Assembly: GCA_964016885.1 (NCBI GenBank)
Contig: OZ024742.1
Span: 219,108,001-219,172,000 of the forward strand
Source of the DNA: Eledone cirrhosa
Taxonomy: Eukaryota
DNA length: 64,000 bases
Direction: 5' to 3'
Shown: piece after piece, positions 14,013-27,692 of the stretch
How positions within the stretch are numbered: position 1 is the stretch's first letter
Layout of the letters: every line of letters starts with the position of its first letter
Program-made: the position numbers and the translations under genes
Notes under the pieces: generated by a model
Databases searched by the model: none
Told to the model about the DNA's origin: nothing
The model's input: only the letters and a program-made list of their open reading frames with translations

Positions 14013-15693
14013 CGAAGGAAATGTGGTAAAGAACCAGGTGCACCATAACGCAACAAAGTACTCAATACTTAGGGAAGTAGAGTGGGTAATAGGAACGAGT
14101 AGGACCCCGACGGCTGAGATCAAGCCGTTTCGACGGCTAATTCTGGACCAGGATTAGCCGTCGAAACGGCTTGAGCTCAGCCGTCGGGGTCCTACTCGTT
14201 CCTATATATATATATATATATATATATATACTTCACTAGTTAAGTTTACGAAATAATTTCTTACTTGATGTCTCATAGTAAAATTTGTTTTTGTTTTAAT
14301 TCATGAAATTTCTTCTTTGCTTTTCATTGAGAAGAAAATCAAATGGATGAGGTTATCTGGCGCTCATTAAATCATGAATCTTTCCCTCAAATCCCTCAAA
14401 TCCCAACGAAAGGAAATTTCCCCAGGTTAAGAATTGTAGGTTTCGAGGAAGGGTCTGTGCCAATGGCCTCCATAGGCCCTCCGAGAACGACGGTTACGGC
14501 TGCAGGGAAAACATAATCAAGGGAGAATTTCAGAAATGTTCAATGCAAGAAGGAGTGAGCGTAGTGGTTGAGTCGAGGTTGCCTGAGTGGATGTGGTACA
14601 ACTCCAACTAGCTCTGAGGAGCAAACGCCACGGGAAAGTCTGAAATCTTAAAGCCTCAGTTGCCAGACTAGATTATTTGTTTTATTTAGTTATTTTCTTT
14701 AATGCTGTCAGTACACTTTCAGAGCTCGAAACTGAGAAAATATATACCAGTCATTTACTCGGGTTCACTATAACCACATTCTGATAATATTTCTGGCCTT
14801 CTGTCAGTGTTAGAAATCCTTATTGCTCTTATTCGAAAACAATGTGAGAGAATCGGTAGAGCAACAAAACATAATACTCTGAAGTATTGGGTTACGTCAC
14901 TTAACTTCTGGGTTTTGACATGTCGTTGGGTTCTATTACGTTACGTTCCTGACCACGATATCTCTTTATTCCCTCCCTTTTTTTATAAAAGCATATATAA
15001 TCCCTTATAAAATGCTTACGTATAATGGTTTCTGATTTAGTTACGAGGCAAACAATTTTTGCGGGAAGAGGAAAGTTGATTAAATCGATCCCAGTGCATT
15101 ATTGTTGCTTTATTTTATCGACCTCGTAAGGATGAAAGGCAAATCTATCCTGGACGAGATTTGAACTCAAGACGTATAGGGCCGTAACTATATGTCGCAA
15201 AACATGTGGCCCGACGCTCGATTGATAATGCCAATCTACCGCCCTTCTACATATGTTTACCTATATTGCACATGCCTTTACTCCGCTCAAGTTATACTAA
15301 ATGTAAATAAGCCATCATCAAAAATAGTTTGTTTACACAATTTCTAAAAGTATATTATCTTTCACAACTCAGCCTCTCGGTGTAAGTGGTGGCGAACTGT
15401 AATGCAGCCGCCACTCTTACCTTTATGCTGAAGTAGCTGTGGCATAATCACAACTTAAAATACTCATAACTGGACTAAATATAGTTTCTGTGAAGAATAG
15501 AAAAGTTCTGACATTTCAGGCGATAAATTCTTTATATATAATGATATATATAATAATGAAATTATTGTGTACAGTGCTCAGGTGCACTACAACTCATCAA
15601 AGGTGCATGTATAGTACATAGAATAATGTACAAATGTCAGGAAAATGAACAGTGTATGAGTCATGATATAATAATAATAATAATAATAATATT

Positions 15694-17600
15694 TTGTCAT
15701 TCAGTATGAAGACATGGAGAACGACATTCCTTTTGAATAGTGAAACAAAATCACTGGAAGCTGGAGAAGTTAATATTAATTGTGGAATTTTTCAGGGTGA
15801 CTCTTTATCACCGCTTTTATTCTGCATCGCACTTATACCATTAAGTAAAATGCTCAATGAAACAAAACATGGATATAAAGTCTATGACAAAACCATTAAT
15901 CACCTGTTCTACATGGATGACCTGAAACTATTTGCAAAAAATGATGAACAATTGCAAGGGCTATTATCCACTGTGAAGCAGTTCAGTGATGACATTAAAA
16001 TGGAGTTTGGACTGGATAAATGCGCCAAAGCAACGTTCACCAGAGGAAAGCTGCTGAAGAGTTCAGACATTAATCTTGATCGGGGGAACGTGATAAGAGA
16101 GCTTGATCAAGAAAAACTTACAAATATCTAGGTGTTTGTGAAGGAGACGGAATCAAGCACTCGACAATGAGGGAAAGGATAAGGAAGGAATGTTACCGCA
16201 GAGTCAGAGCAATCTTAAGAACGGAATTGAATGCAAGGAATAGGATCGATGCCATAAACACGCTTGCCATACCAGTAGTAACCTACAGTTACAATGTCAT
16301 CAACTGGTCAAGCACAGAGATCCGTAGGCTCGATACAAAAATCCGAAAATTCTTAACCATGCACAGAATGCATCACCCTAAGGCAGACATAGATAGAATA
16401 TATCTCCCTAGGAAAGAAGGAGGACGTGGGTTAATCCAGTTAGACATTGCGTTGAAAACTGCAACAATTGGATTATCCACATATCTAAGGGAATCACATG
16501 ATTGAATGATCAAACTCGTTTTGAAACACGAAAGCACCAAAAGATCATATTCCATTACAAAAGATGCACAAAGATACAGTATTGGACTACAAATTTCAGA
16601 AGTCCCATTTACTGCTTAAATGGAAAACACAGAAAAAGCAAAGCAGGTAAAAGTAACTGCAAAGAAAGAACTGCTACAGAAACTGGCTAAGAAATGGCAA
16701 GAAAAGCCTCTGTATGGAAAATACCCAGAGCGAGCTAACAATCCTGATGTTGACAAAACTTTAACCCATCAGTGGTTGGCATCCTCTGGACTGAAATCGG
16801 AGACTGAAGGACTGATTATATCGGCACAAGATCAGTGTCTGCCAACAAAAAATTACCAAGCCAACATAATAAAAAATGGGTGCAGCCCATTATGCCGTGT
16901 ATGCAAAAAACAACCAGAGACCATTGACCATATAATTTCAATGTGCAGTCCTATAGCTCCAACCGAATACCTAAACAGGCATGACAGAGCTGCACAATAC
17001 ATACATTGGATAATGTGTAAGCATTTTGACCTGCCCCATCAAAAGAATTGGTGGGAGCATCAACCACCTCCCATACTTGAAAAAGATCACATCTCAATCT
17101 TGTGGAACTTTAGCATCCAAACAGACCGAAAAATAGATGCAAATAGACCTGATATAATATTGAAGGACTGTCAAAGGAGGGTATGCCTGCTAATTGATAT
17201 GTCTGTTCCAATAGACAAGAATGTATCTATAAAAACATTTGAAAAATTGAGCAAGTATAAGGACCTGGAGATAGAAATTGGAAAAATGTGGAAATTGAGA
17301 ACTAAAACAATACCAGTGGTTGTAGGCGCACTGGGAATGATACCTAAGGGGTCTAACGACTACTTATCGCAAATCCCAGGAAACCCGCGTATAGGAGAAA
17401 TACAAAAGATAGTACTAATGGGAACTGCCCATATACTAAGGAAGATCCTGTCAATATAAGTACATCACAAGTCTAAACACTAAGGATGCATGTGTGAATA
17501 TGTATGTTCTTTCTTGAACATGGCGGACCTTGTTGTCTCTTGAGGTCACTGGTTGTGACTTGGTGATAACTCGTATGAACATAAAGCAAGATAAATGCAA
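15694..17600 (+). mobile_element. 5'-truncated R4/Dong-type non-LTR retrotransposon in (TAA)n
   Basis: GIFQGDSLSPLLF, HLFYMDDLKLF, CRVC..HIISMC, RHD, NRPDI and KLSKYKDL motifs, with few lesions. (TAA)n at both ends. Confidence 0.92.
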
Positions 17601-18028
17601 ATAATAATAATAATAATGAAATATTGTGTACAGTGCCCATCGGGGAAGAGAAGAGAGAGTTTGGTGATTTTGTATTTGAAATGTATAAAAAATTGTATTC
17701 TCCTTTCATCGCAGTAAAAGCATTTATTTTTTATTTATCTATTTATTTATTTATTTTATTTATTTTTTTTTTTTTTTACTTATTTATTAGTACATTTCTT
17801 CTATTAAGTGTTACTGGCGCTGGTGCTCAACAGTAAACACCGATTCTGGAGTTTCTGAGACATTTAGTTGCCAGTCTGACACACCTAGCAACCTGACCGT
17901 ATTTAACTGTATCGTTATGGGAATACATAACGCTACAAATAGATAGATATTTCTAGAATGAAATAAAAAAAAAATCAAGGAAAGGAGCATTTTGATGGGA
18001 TAAAGAGGCTAAATAAAAATAGATTATG

Positions 18029-18132
<104 letters not shown>

Positions 18133-18848
18133 ACGTGCGTGCTTGTGCGTTTTTTTGACTCCTGGCCAAGTATAAGCGAGCTAAAAATAAGACTAAAAAC
18201 ATATAATAGTGCTTAGTTATGTTAAATATTGCTTTGTTTTATTTTCCATTCAGCAATATCTACTATGTACTGTATGTTACGTCGAACATATGTCTGGCTT
18301 TTAACAATGAAATTGCACTTCATCCTGTGAAATTTGGTTCACAGAAACTGCAGAAGCGCATTGTATAAATATATGTGAGTGAGAGTTTAAAATTACGTTC
18401 ATGCCTCCCAATTTAGCGATTCAAAGCAATTGATAAAATAAGTATAATTTAAGGTGGAGTCTCAGCATGGCAACACTCAAATGACTGAAATCAACAAAAG
18501 AATATCAGCCAAGTGCTTATTAACTGGCCAGTTAAATGAATTTCATGGAAATATTAAATATGTTTTACCATATTTCTAATGAAATACACTGCATTTGTAT
18601 TAATTAATGAAGAATTTCGAAGGATTTACTAAAATTTTCATTTCATAATTAAAATACAACATAACTTATATCAAATTATGTTGAAAGATTTCAATTAAAA
18701 TAGGAATTCTCTAAAATAGGTAGTTTTGTTTTATAAAACCAGAGGCCATTTTGGGTGGGTTTTATGAAAATGCTTTACTTTCTCTCTCTCTCTATCTCTA
18801 TCTAGCTATTTATATCTATATCTATATCTATCTATCTATCTATATGTA

Positions 18849-18890
<42 letters not shown>

Positions 18891-19041
18891 GATAGATATA
18901 TAGATATAGATATAAATAGCTAGATAGAGATAGAGAGTACTCACAAGGGAGCGGATGAAAAACCCAAAAACACGCAATTCATCCGTTCCCATGTCGATCC
19001 AATTTGGATTGCCTCGGAAACATAACCTTATTATGTAACAA

Positions 19042-19115
19042 GCTGTCTGATGATGACACGACACTCGCACACAGAACAGTGTGGCCAGTGTCGTCACTGA
19101 AATATATATCACAGC
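19042..19115 (+). ncRNA. Type I hammerhead-like ribozyme with extended stem II
   Basis: GCUGU-CUGAUGA-[ACGACACU..CACAC/GUGUG..AGUGUCGU]-GAAA-UAUAU-AUC^-ACAGC. Perfect 5-bp stem I and palindromic AUAUAUAU stem III. The base of stem II is irregular. Confidence 0.7.
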
Positions 19116-19235
19116 ATTATTAAAGGACTTGAACATCTGAAACTACTTCGCTTTTCCTTATTCGATATTTACTCCGTCACTCCTATGTGGAAAAAGTACG
19201 TTGAGTGCTTGAATTGAATTGCATCAATATTTACC

Positions 19236-19310
<75 letters not shown>

Positions 19311-19521
19311 CGTTTCTGAATTTGTTTAGCAAGATTCTTTATCTGAAATCGTGTGTTGAAACCGATATTGTTATACTTTGGGAGGGTCATGTTGCCAATA
19401 TGTGGAACCAACCAACCAACCAGAAATTTATAAATTTATAAATTTATAAATATATAATAAATTGAAGTGAAAGCAACTGGTGCGTGTGTTTCTTATTGGC
19501 AACATGACCCTCCCAAAGTAT

Positions 19522-19605
<84 letters not shown>

Positions 19606-20093
19606 AGGGTCTATATATATACATATATATATGTGTGCGTGTGTGTATGTATATGTATATATTAATCTTGCACAGATACGAGACTCTTGGCAAAACACAC
19701 GTACAATGTTTTATGTTGGACACCCGTCAGTTCAGACGACGAGTGTTCTAGTTGTTTGATTAACGTAACAGCCACAGCCTGCTCGTGAAATTAACGTGCA
19801 AGTGGCTGAGTATTCCACAAACACGTGTACCTTTAATACAATTCTGTCCCTTTCAATTATGAATACAAATCATGTTCTATCAGCTGAGTGGATTGGAGCA
19901 ACGTAAAATAAAATGTTCTGTCCAAATACAACCCGTGTCGCTGGAAATTGAACTCGAGACCTTTCAATCGTGAGCCGAACCATTACGCCACACGGTTTCA
20001 CATATACTTTCTAAATGAACAGCTTTACTCAACTGCATCTATTGAGTGTTAACACAAGCATCAAGCCAAATATTTCTAGATTACTGATAATTG

Positions 20094-20136
<43 letters not shown>

Positions 20137-20259
20137 AACCAGTAGGACCCGACGGCTGAGCCCAAGGTCCTACTCGTTCCTATTACCCACTCTACTACCC
20201 TAGGTATTGAGTACTTTGGTGCGTTATGGTCCACCTGGTTCTTTACCACATTTCCTTCG

Positions 20260-20311
<52 letters not shown>

Positions 20312-20574
20312 CGGCGATGAATTATTTTTGCGAGGTTTTTGATATGAAATCGTGTGTCGAAACAAATATTGTTATACTTGGGGAGGGTCATATTTGTGTA
20401 ATATTGCCAGAATTAATAACAGAACACACTCACTGTTTGGTTGGTTTTCGCTTTTCGCTTCTGTGTCTTTTATATCGGTTAATTTAATTTATTTGGTCCT
20501 CAATGTTGCCATTGACTGACCGACGGTCAAAAATACAGATACAATAAAGACACAAACACATATATATATAGTTT

Positions 20575-20614
20575 ATCAAAGTTCTTTCGTTGCACATCGG
20601 CAACATCGTCAGTG
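20575..20614 (-). ncRNA. Hammerhead-like motif related to the one at 22187
   Basis: Minus strand: CCA-CUGACGA-U-GUUGC(CGAUGU)GCAAC-GAAA-GAACUU-UGA. Shares nearby ctacgccatctt with the 22108 element. Confidence 0.48.
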
Positions 20615-21256
20615 GTGCTATTGTTTCCTCCCGTTGCATTGTATTTTCTACGCCATCTTTATTTAGTCTGTTTATATATTTATTTATTTTTTGTCTTCTT
20701 TGCGCATGCGTTTGCGTGTGTGTATAGTGTTTTGTTTGATGTGTGTTCGTGATTGGGTGACTGTGTATTGGTTAATGTATTCTATCTTTACTAGTGTGTG
20801 TTTATATGTGTTTGTTGTTATTGTGCTTGTGTATGTATTTATTTATCTATTATATATATAGTTATGTAATAAACAACATAAGGCAATTATTTCATTTACC
20901 AGTGGTTTCTTAAAAGCAAAAAAATTTTGCTTTCAATCATCAGAATGAAAAAATCCTGGTGTATTTATTCGCGTTGGATTTTAAAAACAAAAATATAATC
21001 TATATGAAAGTGAGGCTGGAAAAGGAAGAAGGAAAGGAAAAATAAAAACACATGCAAACACACACACACACAAATATATACATACACACATACACATACA
21101 CATACACACACATACACACACACACACATATATATATATATGTGTACATATATCCATACACATACATATACACATACATACACACATAAATATCAACATA
21201 TCCATACATACACATACATACAAATACACACATATATATATATATATATACATACA

Positions 21257-21866
21257 TGGTGGCTGCCAACTCGTTTTCGAGTACGGCCACTACTTTATAT
21301 CCATGTAGGAGAACCCCCTACCGATGCGCTGAACGAATGTGACTTTAGTCCAGCCAGCGACTTGAAAACTCTGGCACAAAGACTACACTTGTGACCATTA
21401 TTGACACATAGTGCAGGGCCCATGGTACCATGTGATGACAAGTGCAGAGAGATCTCCAGATATAAAGCAATGCCTGTGCTGTGAAGCTTTTATAGTGAGC
21501 AAAGGCACTGCACAAAGCCAGTCCCACTCTCTTAACCAAGATGATATTTACCAAAAAGAAGAACAGGTCAACATCATTGGATACCATCAGGATTGCAGGT
21601 GTTATATCAGAGTTTTCCTTCTCCTAGAATTCTGCCTTGACAAAGGCTAAGGGGTCATCTCTCCCGGTGATTTTGGATGGCTATTGACTCTTAAGAGCTC
21701 CCTTGCCCTTTGACAGGTTTTGTTTTTAGTCCTGCAGGATGTCCAAAGTCACCCTCCTCACCAAGAAACCTTGGTGGGGTTGCCAGTTTAGTCGCCAACG
21801 ACCCGACCATGAGACAGGTTGTACTGGGATACATGTTACCAGTAGCACCAACTGGTGACCTGACAT
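21257..21866 (-). mobile_element. Second copy of the 600-bp non-autonomous retroelement
   Basis: Colinear with 9507-10100. Confidence 0.7.
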
Positions 21867-22058
21867 GTTATATATACATACATACATACATACATACAAT
21901 CATACGTATATACACACGTACATACATACACATACATACACACATATATACACGTATACATACGCATGCACAAATATATTGTTTATTACATAACTATTAA
22001 GCTCTGTTACCTAAATAGAGCACTCTTTTTTCCTGGACTTTTCCGACGGAATTACTTC

Positions 22059-22112
<54 letters not shown>

Positions 22113-22186
22113 CTGTCCTACGCCATCTTGTTTGATGGCGTAGGACAGAACAAAGGAGAGGCACAAAACAAAGAAAAGAATCCCCA

Positions 22187-22229
22187 GTCACTGAAGAAGT
22201 CACAGAATGTGTGACGAAACAACTTTGAC
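22187..22229 (+). ncRNA. Hammerhead-like motif with degenerate stem III
   Basis: GUCA-CUGAAGA-A-GUCAC(AGAAUGU)GUGAC-GAAA-CAACUU-UGAC. Confidence 0.58.
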
Positions 22230-22505
22230 AATATATGAACAACCGTCCGGTTGTGGAGCCAACCAACCGAAAATTTATGAATTCTTTAAAAAAAAATTGT
22301 TTTTTTAATTTTTTAATTTTTTAATTTTTTAATTTTTTAATTTTTTAATTTTTTAATTTATAATAAATTGGAGTGAAAGCAAGTGGTGCGTGTGTTTCTT
22401 ATTAGCAACATGACCCTCCCAAAGTATAACAATATCGGTTTCAACACACGTTTTCAGATAAAGAATCTTGCTAAACAGATTCAGAAACGAAATATATATA
22501 TATAT

Positions 22506-22718
22506 AACGAAGGAAATGTGGTAAGGAACCAGGTGGACCATAACGCACCAAAGTACTCAATACTTAGGGTAGTAGAGTGGGTAATAGGAACGAGTAGGAC
22601 CCTGACGGCTGAGCTCAAGCCGTTTCGACGGCTAATTCTGGACTAAAACTTTATTTTAGTCCAGAATTAGCCGTCGAAACGGCTTGAGCTCAGCCGTCGG
22701 GGTCCTACTCGTTCCTAT
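22506..22718. mobile_element. (TA)n-embedded fold-back element; copies at 1-130, 14010-14205 and 20131-20261, fragment at about 33230-33270
   Basis: About 80 bp of unique sequence followed by a ~60-bp arm and its inverted copy, with (TA)n at both ends. Confidence 0.75.
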
Positions 22719-23642
22719 ATATATATATATATATATATATATAACCCGTAACTCCCGAAGGAGTCGTAGGAGCGCCACATTGACATATGCCGCTTCTAGT
22801 GCATTTTTAAAACCTGGTGGATCTATTTACACTATCTATACATTGTTAATAACTGTATTTACACTATCTATACATTGTTAATGACTGTATTTACACTATC
22901 TATACACTGTTAATAACTGTATTTTACCTCTTAACAGTGTATAGATAGTGTAAATACAGTCATTAATACAGTAGATTTCTTCCAGCGAAGGATAGAGAGT
23001 GGAAGGATGGAAGTAAGAAAAATATATATTGAGGAAGAATCGACCCCAGTACTAAACTGGTACTTTTTTTATCGATCTGAAATGGATGAAAGATAAAGTT
23101 GACCTTGGCGAGATTTGAACTCAGAGAGCAATCTGATGTTTTAACAGCTCTGCCAATTCACCGCCTTTTGTAAGATATTAAGGCGTGATATTTAAGGGAG
23201 ATTTTATTACTATTTCTAACAGGTTGATCAACCACGTGGAGGCTCCCCTTGTTGTTGATTGTTTTTCTGTAGCTCTAGATAATCTTTAATCGAGCGGACT
23301 TATGACATATAGCTAGTTGGCAGAACGATGAGGCAAAAGCGATAGATACACCATGCCAATTATATCCAGCCTCTCTATCAAGTTGGGATCGTGTTCTACA
23401 CGCCAATATGAAGTGATGATTATAGTATAACAGTCTGGACATATTGCACGCACTCCACTTGCTAGATTAATTCTGAACACCTGTATATTTTAGTTGCTCT
23501 TCCTCTGCACATATTAGTAATGGTGTGTAATGTTTGGGAAAAGTGGGACTATTGAAATTGCAATTATTTCCTTTATGTTTATACGGACTGAATGGCGGTG
23601 ATAGTGTTAAGAATGTGGTTTGTGGTGTTGTGAACACATATA

Positions 23643-23910
23643 CCGTATTTCCCGGCGTCGAAGACGCTACATTTTTCCTAAAATTAGTCTCAAAAATCTA
23701 CCATGCGTCCTGGAGGCTGAAGGTTGTTTATTATTTTTATCCCGCCGAGGTTAACTTTGCCTTTCATCCTTACGGGATCGATAAAATAAAGTACCAGTAA
23801 TGCACTGGGTAATTGCTGGCCTTGTGCCTAAAGTAGAAACAATTATTTTTGGTTGTCAAAATTAGGGTGCGTCCTCGAGGACGGAGCGTCTTCAGCGCCG
23901 GGAAATACGG
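23643..23910. mobile_element. Tc1/mariner-superfamily MITE with a nested SINE 3' half (about 23739-23846)
   Basis: TA|ccgtatttcccggcg..gaagacgct ... agcgtcttc..cgccgggaaatacgg|TA. Confidence 0.82.
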
Positions 23911-23919
23911 TAAGTGTTT

Positions 23920-26000
23920 GAAGGTGGTTTTTCATGTACTGTCAGAAAATGTAATAGTTCAATAAAGTGTCTTTCAGTTTTTGTATTCATGTTTCGTTGA
24001 GTAGGTGGTCTGTGCCTGCGAGCTGTATATAGCTTGATTATAATGTGCAGTGTGCTGTTTTGCTTTTGTTTTTGTTCTTGTTTTTGTCGTTTATTGTGGT
24101 TTGTGGCGGAAAGATTTCGGGTCCAGACAGGATTGCATGATAAATGACGGATCTAATATATTGTTTCTACACTATTGTTGCTATTTATTTTTGTTGGCTC
24201 CAGATAATACTTGTGATTGCTCTGTGTATGCTTGTGCTTTGTTCTGTTTTCTGTGTTTTCTGCGTCTGTTGTAGATGGTTTGTAACTATTAGTACCTTTG
24301 CCGTCTGTGTTTTGCAAGTTTTATGTTGATGCGTGCATCGTTGGTTTTATTTAATGTTCTCTGACTTTGCTGGTAAGATGGGTGACAGCTGGTTTATGTG
24401 CTACTTTAAGTCTGTTGTTGTGGAACCAGGTTTTTAGAGAAATTATGCAGGATAAAAGTAGTTGTACAGGAGTATCTGGAGAACAGTAGTATGTATGAGC
24501 GCGTTGTCATCTACGTGTGAGGCTATATATATTATGGCATATGTTGAAAAGAGCAGGTGAGTGGACGGATTCATTTGATGCTCCATTCAGAAAATTGCAA
24601 ATTTTGAAAGTACTTTTGTATTAGTCAATAGCTTTATTGATGTCGGTGGTAGATAGAATGATCTGCTTTGTTTGGGAGCAGGGGGTGGGTTGTTGCTGAA
24701 GCCATCATATATTTTTGTGTTAGGTTTGTGAGTTGGTTGAATGTAGTAGTCTGACTCCGTATTGTGATTTGAATAGGGGGCTATGTGGATTATAGATGTC
24801 AAGGATTATCTTTACTAGAATTGTTTACTCTGTGTATACCCGAGTGAGTTCTGTGTGATGTTATTTCGCTAGAAGGGCGGTGGATTGGCAGTATCGGTAG
24901 AGGGTCGGACGCCATGCTTTCCAGCATAGTTACGTCCCTTTACGATCTGAGTTCAAATCCCGCCGAGGTTGACTTTGCCTTTCATCCTTACGGGGTCGAT
25001 AAAATAAAGTACCAGTTATGCACTGGGTAATTGCTGGCCTTGTGCCTAAAGTAGAAACAGTTATTTCGCTAGAGTTATCGTTGAGCTTTAAATTTGTTAT
25101 AGTTTGATCCATCTCCAAGATGATTCTGAGAATGTGACAGTGTTAGTGCAAGTAGTTATACATGTTATTAAGTGTAGGGATTGTTGCAAGTTCTAGACTC
25201 TTTAGAAGTATGTTTGTGAATTTGACTGCTCATAAGGAGTTTTAGTTTTTTAGATTTCTCTGATGACAGAAAGAAGTAAAAATTGTGGTCTTGGTTTGTA
25301 TTTTCATTTTGGTTTTCTGTTTTCTTTTAATGGCCGATTTAAGAAATGTCTCATAAGGTCTTATGCTTTGTGTTGCAATATTAGAACATATATATATATA
25401 AGATTGTAACTATTATCATTGTTGATGCAGCAAATTATTCATTTAATGTCTTACTGTTAGTGTTATGGTTTATAAAGTAAATGACAGATTTCTGGCTTTC
25501 TCTGGTTTATATCTATTTATTCTGTTTTTAAACCCCAGACCAGGATCTTCTCCGTCTCTGATACCTACCACTAGGCCACCTTTGTTTTTTGTTGTTTGAG
25601 GCTGAGTTCCATTTTGGTTGAATGCGGTTTTATTGTTTGGTGTTACCACAAGTTTTTGTGAGGCTAGCTTATTCTTTTATATAACTGACATTTGTTTTTT
25701 TATGTTGACTTGCGTGATATAGTTTTTGTAAATGTGTCTATTAATATAAACTGCAGTATCTATGTCGGTGATTGTGGTGATTGATGGAACACATTCCATT
25801 GGACATTTTTGAAGTTTGTAAAAATTGTTTCTGCTTTCTTCATTTCTGTGTGAAGGTGTTGTGATGATAGATTGTTGGTGGTCTGTAGAGAGTTGAGGAA
25901 TTGTTTTCCAAATTGTTATGATAGCTAAGTGTGTAGATCAGAAGGTTATGTTTGGGGAGAGCTGTAATTGGCTAGGTGAAGTATGTATATTTTAGTGTGG
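23920..26000 (-). mobile_element. Highly decayed Penelope-like RT/GIY-YIG relic (tentative)
   Basis: Strong strand bias and only faint minus-strand remnants (LDI..I, LKVAHKP). No ORF. Confidence 0.4.
24875..25059 (+). mobile_element. tRNA-derived SINE (~185 bp), representative of more than 15 copies or fragments in the window
   Basis: A box tggcagtatcggt, B box gagttcaaatcc and conserved gcctttcatcct..ggggtcgataaaataaagtaccag. 14-bp TSD gttatttcgctaga. Confidence 0.9.
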
Positions 26001-26401
26001 ATTCCGACTGCAGAAAGAACATGATCTTAACCTAATTGGACCTCAACAGCTTCGATGCCGCTCCAACCATCCACGTTCCTGTGGATTCTTTATTTATCAG
26101 TTGATATTTTTTATGTTTCAAACGGGTGTGCACACTTGAAAATAAGTGTCTTTATATACCACTTAGACACAACACTTGGATATAAGTGTATAAGTATATA
26201 ATACATTTTACAGCACACGAATTAATTCAATATGAGTACAATTCATTTTGTCTTGCTGTAAAATAATTTCGGGAATATGACCCCAAGAAAAAGCATGCAA
26301 TATTGATGAACAAAAAGAAACTGAATGAGACCCTACTAGATTAAATTACGATCCCTCATTTGTGAGACATGTCTGTTTCTTTTCAGTGTTATAAAGAGGA
26401 A

Positions 26402-27692
26402 CTTATTTTAGAAGAGTAAACCTATTATATTTTGTAGTGTCTTATTTTAGAAGAGTAAACCTATTATATTTTGTAGTGTCTTATTTTAGAAGAGTAAACC
26501 TATTATATTTTGTAGTGTCCTATTTTAGAAGAGTAAACCTATTATATTTTGTAGTGTCTTATTTTAGAAGAGTAAACCTATTATATTTTGTAGTGTCTTA
26601 TTTTAGAAGAGTAAACCTATTATATTTTGTAGTGTCTTATTTTAGAAGAGTAAACCTATTATATTTTGTAGTGTCTTATTTTAGAAGAGTAAACCTATTA
26701 TATTTTGTAGTGTCTTATTTTAGAAGAGTAAACCTATTATATTTTGTAGTGTCTTATTTTAGAAGAGTAAACCTATTATATTTTGTAGTGTCTTATTTTA
26801 GAAGAGTAAACCTATTATATTTTGTAGTGTCTTATTTTAGAAGAGTAAACCTATTATATTTTGTAGTGTCTTATTTTAGAAGAGTAAACCTATTATATTT
26901 TGTAGTGTCTTATTTTAGAAGAGTAAACCTATTATATTTTGTAGTGTCTTATTTTAGAAGAGTAAACCTATTATATTTTGTAGTGTCTTATTTTAGAAGA
27001 GTAAACCTATTATATTTTGTAGTGTCTTATTTTAGAAGAGTAAACCTATTATATTTTGTAGTGTCTTATTTTAGAAGAGTAAACCTATTATATTTTGTAG
27101 TGTCTTATTTTAGAAGAGTAAACCTATTATATTTTGTAGTGTCTTATTTTAGAAGAGTAAACCTATTATATTTTGTAGTGTCTTATTTTAGAAGAGTAAA
27201 CCTATTATATTTTGTAGTGTCCTATTTTAGAAGAGTAAACCTATTATATTTTGTAGTGTCTTATTTTAGAAGAGTAAACCTATTATATTTTGTAGTGTCT
27301 TATTTTAGAAGAGTAAACCTATTATATTTTGTAGTGTCTTATTTTAGAAGAGTAAACCTATTATATTTTGTAGTGTCTTATTTTAGAAGAGTAAACCTAT
27401 TATATTTTGTAGTGTCTTATTTTAGAAGAGTAAACCTATTATATTTTGTAGTGTCTTATTTTAGAAGAGTAAACCTATTATATTTTGTAGTGTCCTATTT
27501 TAGAAGAGTAAACCTATTATATTTTGTAGTGTCTTATTTTAGAAGAGTAAACCTATTATATTTTGTAGTGTCTTATTTTAGAAGAGTAAACCTATTATAT
27601 TTTGTAGTGTCCTATTTTAGAAGAGTAAACCTATTATATTTTGTAGTGTCTTATTTTAGAAGAGTAAACCTATTATATTTTGTAGTGTCCTA
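26402..27692. repeat. 39-bp minisatellite, about 33 copies
   Basis: Unit gtcttattttagaagagtaaacctattatattttgtagt, with an occasional T>C variant (gtcct). No spacers. Confidence 0.97.

Noticed and set aside
15551-17636. Direct repeat taataatgaaa(t)tattgtgtacagtgc on both sides of the Dong-like element as a TSD
   Set aside because: The left copy is about 120 bp from the 5' junction, and the motif is the tail of another dispersed repeat (reverse copy near 57290-57325).
24875-24965. tRNA gene
   Set aside because: The A and B boxes belong to the SINE head, there is no proper cloverleaf, and a SINE body and TSD follow.
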